Assembly: GCA_039715015.1 (NCBI GenBank)
Contig: JBDLIE010000019.1
Span: 1 to 50,515, forward strand
Direction: 5' to 3'
Length of the DNA stretch: 50,515 nt
Origin: Thermodesulfobacteriota bacterium
Lineage (GTDB): Bacteria; Desulfobacterota; Desulfobulbia; Desulfobulbales; SURF-16
The translations under genes were made by a program, and so were the position numbers. The stretch's first letter is position 1; every line of letters begins with the position of its first letter. Under the pieces are notes generated by a model. That model was not told where the DNA came from. It did not search any database and worked only from the letters and a program-made list of their open reading frames with translations. Below are positions 46,804-50,515 of this stretch, piece after piece.

Positions 46804-47690
46804 GTTTTCCGAGATCGATGACCGGCTTTGGCCGGGGTGATAACGAGGTTGACAGCCACACCTGGAGCGTTGAGATTAAATCGGTTAACCATCGCTTCTG
46901 CGACATCAAGGCCAAAATGCCCCGCCAACTCTTTGCCCTTGAAGATCGAATCAAAAAAGAGATCTCCAAGTCCTTTAGCCGCGGTCATGTCGACGTTATC
47001 ATCACAAGCTCCGGCACCATGGAAACCGGCAAACACCTTGAGGTTGATCATAACCTTGCCAGCCAATATAAAAACTGCCTGGTAGAGTTGGGCGCTCATC
47101 TCGATCTTGACTGTGAGCCTACTGCCCTGCTGAAACTGGTCTCACTTTACCCCCAGGTCATCCGCACCATTGATAATGATACCGACCTTGATACCCTCTG
47201 GGACCAACTGCAACCGGCCATCGAACAGGCATGCGCAAGCAGTCTGACCATGCGTGTTCAAGAAGGCAGTTATCTTAAGAAAGACCTGCTCGATCGCCTC
47301 GATTTCTTTACAGACACTGTGGAGGCCATCAAGGAAAAAACGCCTGAGCTTCTCGCCCTGCGCACCAGCAATCTTGAAGAGAAACTGGCAAAACGCCTCG
47401 ATGGCGTTGACATTGACCCGGCCCGCCTGGCCCAGGAGGTGGTTATTCTTGCCGATAAGGCCGATGTCACCGAGGAGGTTGTTCGCCTTGATAGCCACAT
47501 CTCCCAATTTCGGACTTTTCTTGATGCTGATGAAGCAACAGGACGGAGGCTTGATTTTCTGCTCCAGGAATTTTTACGTGAGATAAATACCCTGGCCTCA
47601 AAGATTTCCACCTCAAGTGTGGCCCACCAGACGGTTGAGCTCAAAAATGAGATGGAAAAAATGCGCGAACAGGTGCAGAATCTAGAGTAG
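46800..47690 (+). CDS. yicC: YicC/YloC family endoribonuclease
   Basis: SMTGFGR, KSVNHRF, EEVVRL.SH, GRRLDFLLQE..REINT..SK, REQVQNLE. Confidence 0.95.
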   Translation: MSFPRSMTGFGRGDNEVDSHTWSVEIKSVNHRFCDIKAKMPRQLFALEDRIKKEISKSFSRGHVDVIITSSGTMETGKHLEVDHNLASQYKNCLVELGAHLDLDCEPTALLKLVSLYPQVIRTIDNDTDLDTLWDQLQPAIEQACASSLTMRVQEGSYLKKDLLDRLDFFTDTVEAIKEKTPELLALRTSNLEEKLAKRLDGVDIDPARLAQEVVILADKADVTEEVVRLDSHISQFRTFLDADEATGRRLDFLLQEFLREINTLASKISTSSVAHQTVELKNEMEKMREQVQNLE

Positions 47691-47839
47691 GATTTCTCAG
47701 TAATTTAGCAACATTTTTTGATTAAACACAGAGCACAGAGGTTTTTTAAGAAGTTGTCCCTGTGTTAAAAAAATTACTTTAACGAATTGACTCACTTTTC
47801 AATTTCTTAGACTCCAAGAAAGGTAGAGGTTCCCAATTT

Positions 47840-48106
47840 ATGACTTCCCGTATGATCAATGTCGGTTTTGGTAATTCCGTGGTGGCCAGCCGTGTTCTTC
47901 TCGTAGCCAACCCAAAATCATCCCCCATCAAAAAGATAAAGGATGAGGCCAAATTGAAAAAAAAACTCATTGATGTCACTGAGGGCCGAAAAACGAGATC
48001 GGTCCTGCTTTTAGACAGTGATCATGTTGTACTTTCTGCTGTCCAGCCTGAGACCATCAACCTCCGTTTCTTGCCCCTGGAAGAGATGAAGGAGGAAGGG
48101 GCGTGA
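47840..48106 (+). CDS. RemA/DUF370 family protein
   Basis: INVGFGN, SSPIKK, DVTEGRKTRS, HVVLSAVQPET; conserved position between yicC and gmk. Confidence 0.9.
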   Translation: MTSRMINVGFGNSVVASRVLLVANPKSSPIKKIKDEAKLKKKLIDVTEGRKTRSVLLLDSDHVVLSAVQPETINLRFLPLEEMKEEGA

Positions 48107-48711
48107 AAGGCAACCTTGTAATTATTTCAGCGCCTTCCGGCACTGGCAAGACCACCATCCTCAAAAAGATTATGCCCCACCTCCTGGGTCTTACCTTTTC
48201 TGTTTCCCACACCACCAGAGCCCCTCGTGCAGGCGAGGAAAACGGCAAGGACTACCATTTTGTCAGCAAGGAGAATTTTCTATCCCTCCGTGACCAGGGT
48301 GGTTTTCTGGAATGGGCAGAGGTGCATGACAATTTTTACGGCACCAGCAAAGAAGAGGTAAACAACAGACTTGATGACGGCTTGGACGTTTTTCTTGATA
48401 TTGATATCCAGGGTGCCCGCCAAGTACGTCAGGCCGCCCCTGACGTCATTTCCATCTTCATCTCGCCGCCTTCCTGGCAAGAGCAAGAAAAAAGACTCAT
48501 TGGCCGTGGTACTGATTCAATGGGTACCATTCAGTTGCGTTTGGCCAATGCCAAGGCCGAGATGGCAGATGTTGGGCTCTATGATTATGTAGTGATGAAT
48601 GATGACCTTGACAGCGCAGCCCGCATGCTTGAGGCCATAATCCTCGCCATGCGGGCCAGAAATCGCCGCAGCCTGAGCGGCATCCCCCTCACCTTACCGG
48701 CTGGACAATAA
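48103..48711 (+). CDS. gmk: Guanylate kinase
   Basis: SAPSGTGKTT, SHTTRAPR, GKDYHF, YGT, DIDIQGA. Confidence 0.96.
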   Translation: MKGNLVIISAPSGTGKTTILKKIMPHLLGLTFSVSHTTRAPRAGEENGKDYHFVSKENFLSLRDQGGFLEWAEVHDNFYGTSKEEVNNRLDDGLDVFLDIDIQGARQVRQAAPDVISIFISPPSWQEQEKRLIGRGTDSMGTIQLRLANAKAEMADVGLYDYVVMNDDLDSAARMLEAIILAMRARNRRSLSGIPLTLPAGQ

Positions 48712-49502
48712 TGGCTGATAAATTTCCAGCGCCCAAGGGAAAACGCCTGCAGGCCAATGAGAACCTGATCTGGGGAATCCATCCGGTCGCCGCTTTGCTT
48801 GAGCAATCGCCGCGCACCATTAACGAAATCTTTATCGTTAAAGGGAAACCAAACCCAAAGATTCAAGAGATTATTGACCACTGCCGCTCCCTGGGCATCA
48901 AGATCCGTTTTGAGAAATCCCTGGCCATTTCCAGTGAAAGCGGTGGCCATGTCAACCACCAAGGAGTGGCGGCACGGACCCATGCCACAGCCACCTTAAA
49001 TGAAGAAGAATTTCTGGCCCTGCTTAAAAAAGAAAAACAGCCCCCTTTTCTGTTGGCTCTGGACTCCATCCAGGACCCCCATAACTTAGGGGCCATTCTC
49101 CGTTCAGCAGCAGCAGCCGGGGTCAGCGGGGTCATTCTGCCCCGGGACCGCAGCGCCCCTTTGGGTGGCACTACGGCAAAGATTGCAGCCGGGGCCTTGG
49201 CCCATCTTAACATCTGTGTGGTGACCAACCTGGCCACCTTTCTCCAGAAGCTTCAGAAAGAAAATATCTGGCTCTACGGTACGGTTAAGGATGGCGGCAC
49301 CTCCGTTTTCCAGACCGATCTCAGCGGCCCTATCTGCCTGGTAATCGGTAACGAGGAAAAGGGCCTACGGCCCTTGGTGGCCAAACAATGCGATTTCAAG
49401 GTGACCATCCCCATGCAGGGCTCCCTTGACTCCCTTAATGCTTCGGTGGCTGCCGGTATCAGCCTCTTTGAGGTTGTTCGTCAACGTTTAGAGACAACAT
49501 AA
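48711..49502 (+). CDS. rlmB: 23S rRNA (guanosine-2251-2'-O)-methyltransferase
   Basis: HQGVAA, QDPHNLGAILRS, GNEEKGLR, SLNASVA (SPOUT family). Confidence 0.92.
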   Translation: MADKFPAPKGKRLQANENLIWGIHPVAALLEQSPRTINEIFIVKGKPNPKIQEIIDHCRSLGIKIRFEKSLAISSESGGHVNHQGVAARTHATATLNEEEFLALLKKEKQPPFLLALDSIQDPHNLGAILRSAAAAGVSGVILPRDRSAPLGGTTAKIAAGALAHLNICVVTNLATFLQKLQKENIWLYGTVKDGGTSVFQTDLSGPICLVIGNEEKGLRPLVAKQCDFKVTIPMQGSLDSLNASVAAGISLFEVVRQRLETT

Positions 49503-49540
49503 AACCATCTTTTGAATACTCACCAAAGAAAAGAGAGAAA

Positions 49541-50119
49541 ATGAAAGAATCACTTGGCGCAAATACCCTGGTTTACCCCACCCCGGTGTGGGTTATTGGT
49601 ACCTACAACGAAGATGGCAGCGCGAATGCCATGACCGCAGCCTGGGGAGGAATATGTTGTTCAAAACCGCCCTGCCTTGCTGTCTCCCTGCGCGAAGCCA
49701 CCCTCAGCCATGGCAATATCAAGCGCAATGATGCCTTCACCGTTCATATTGGTACAGAAAAGCTGATGGCAGAGACGGATTACTTCGGCATTTCAACAGG
49801 TCGGGTGACGGACAAGCTGGCAGATACTGGTTTAAAGACCGTAAAAAGTGACACCGTAAATGCGCCCCTTATCGAGGAATTTCCGCTTATTTTGGAGTGC
49901 AGACTGAAACAGATGGTGGAGATTGGTCTCCATACCCAGTTCATCGGCGAAATTATGGATGTCAAAGCGGACAAGGAAATCCTGGGAGAAAAGGATCTGC
50001 CTGATGTGGAACTCTTGCGCCCCCTGGTCTTTTCACCGGTGGTTCGCAAATATCACGGACTTGGCAAGTTGGCTGGTCAGGCCTTTAATGTCGGCAAAAA
50101 ATTCAAGAACAAGGATTAA
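49541..50119 (+). CDS. Flavin reductase family protein (flavoredoxin-like)
   Basis: YPTPVWVIGTY, NAMTAAWGG, DYFGI.TG, LECRL, GLHTQFIGEI. Confidence 0.88.
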   Translation: MKESLGANTLVYPTPVWVIGTYNEDGSANAMTAAWGGICCSKPPCLAVSLREATLSHGNIKRNDAFTVHIGTEKLMAETDYFGISTGRVTDKLADTGLKTVKSDTVNAPLIEEFPLILECRLKQMVEIGLHTQFIGEIMDVKADKEILGEKDLPDVELLRPLVFSPVVRKYHGLGKLAGQAFNVGKKFKNKD

Positions 50120-50177
50120 GGGACAGAAGGGACACTGAAAGACTTACTGAAGAATAAATAGTTTCCGTGGACACAAT

Positions 50178-50273
50178 GTCATTCCCGCGTATGCGGGAGG
50201 TAAGCGAAGACTTCGACCCAAAGTGTTAAGCTTGGCCTCCTATCTCCTAGATTCCGTCCTATGCATGAATGAC
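50178..50273. repeat. Degenerate GTCATTCCCGCG...GCGGGA-type REP doublet
   Basis: GTCATTCCCGCGTATGCGGGA (50178-50198) and a decayed inverse copy CTAGATTCCGTCCTATGCATGAATGAC (50247-50273). Confidence 0.7.
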
Positions 50274-50306
50274 TCACTAACATGTCTTAAAGCCAGGGGA
50301 ATCAAA

Positions 50307-50352
50307 AAAACAAAGCGGCCTAAAGACTCAAGTCTTTAGGCCGCTTTGTTTT
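50307..50352. terminator. Bidirectional Rho-independent terminator
   Basis: Perfect 22-bp inverted repeat AAAACAAAGCGGCCTAAAGACT / AGTCTTTAGGCCGCTTTGTTTT. Confidence 0.85.
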
Positions 50353-50462
50353 AAAGCAATTAGATTTAGTTACTCATATCTGGCTAAAGAAATTTCAGAA
50401 TCATATTTGATTAAACCTGACACTATCAGGAAGTATACGTAACAAAATGTAAATGGATTATA

Positions 50463-50471
50463 TGGTATAAT
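50463..50471 (+). promoter_or_regulatory. Extended -10 promoter element for a gene beyond the window
   Basis: TGGTATAAT (TGnTATAAT), with an RBS-like AAGGAAGG at the window end. Confidence 0.45.
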
Positions 50472-50515
50472 TCGCCATCAAACCCTTGTTTTTTCGATGA
50501 AAAAAAGGAAGGTAG

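Noticed and set aside
47725..47766. AACACAG...CTGTGTT inverted repeat between yicC and the remA-like gene
   Set aside because: The arms are only 7 bp with a long loop, too weak to call as a terminator or repeat family.

Overview
This is a 50.5-kb bacterial chromosomal window. Gene content (PilR/PilS, sigma54 activators, Rieske/cytochrome b, flavoredoxin, AF1514, YicC-RemA-gmk-rlmB) suggests a Desulfobacterota (Desulfobulbales-like) anaerobe, by inference only. In order it holds: (1) a minus-strand surface-polysaccharide locus (manC, rmlBACD, wzm/wzt, a methyltransferase-glycosyltransferase fusion, an unannotated IS3 relic, wzx, a methyltransferase); (2) a cNMP/CBS/DUF294 nucleotidyltransferase, a DEDDh exonuclease and two tandem DUF4212/ActP-like symporter pairs; (3) pilR-pilS; (4) an operon linking nitroreductase, a lipoprotein and coaBC to a Tat-exported PsrA/PhsA-like molybdoenzyme, a Rieske protein and cytochrome b; (5) housekeeping genes (radical SAM, tatD, yggS, dnaE, Trm112-like, GT9, hldA, yicC, remA-like, gmk, rlmB, flavoredoxin). 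The main result is that ORFs 38968..39549 and 38224..38964 are most likely one 441-aa selenoprotein. It is a three-domain rhodanese lipoprotein with an in-frame UGA in its active-site loop (FYCGGPT-U-GMS), followed by a SECIS-like hairpin. Upstream lie a sigma54 promoter, an IHF site and candidate enhancers. It is divergent from a PAS kinase, an NtrC-type activator and a secreted Cys-containing rhodanese paralogue (FYCKGIRC). Together these form a candidate periplasmic sulfane-sulfur sensing and response system. Several families of REP/MITE-like repeats are also present. All calls are from reading the sequence; no searches were run.
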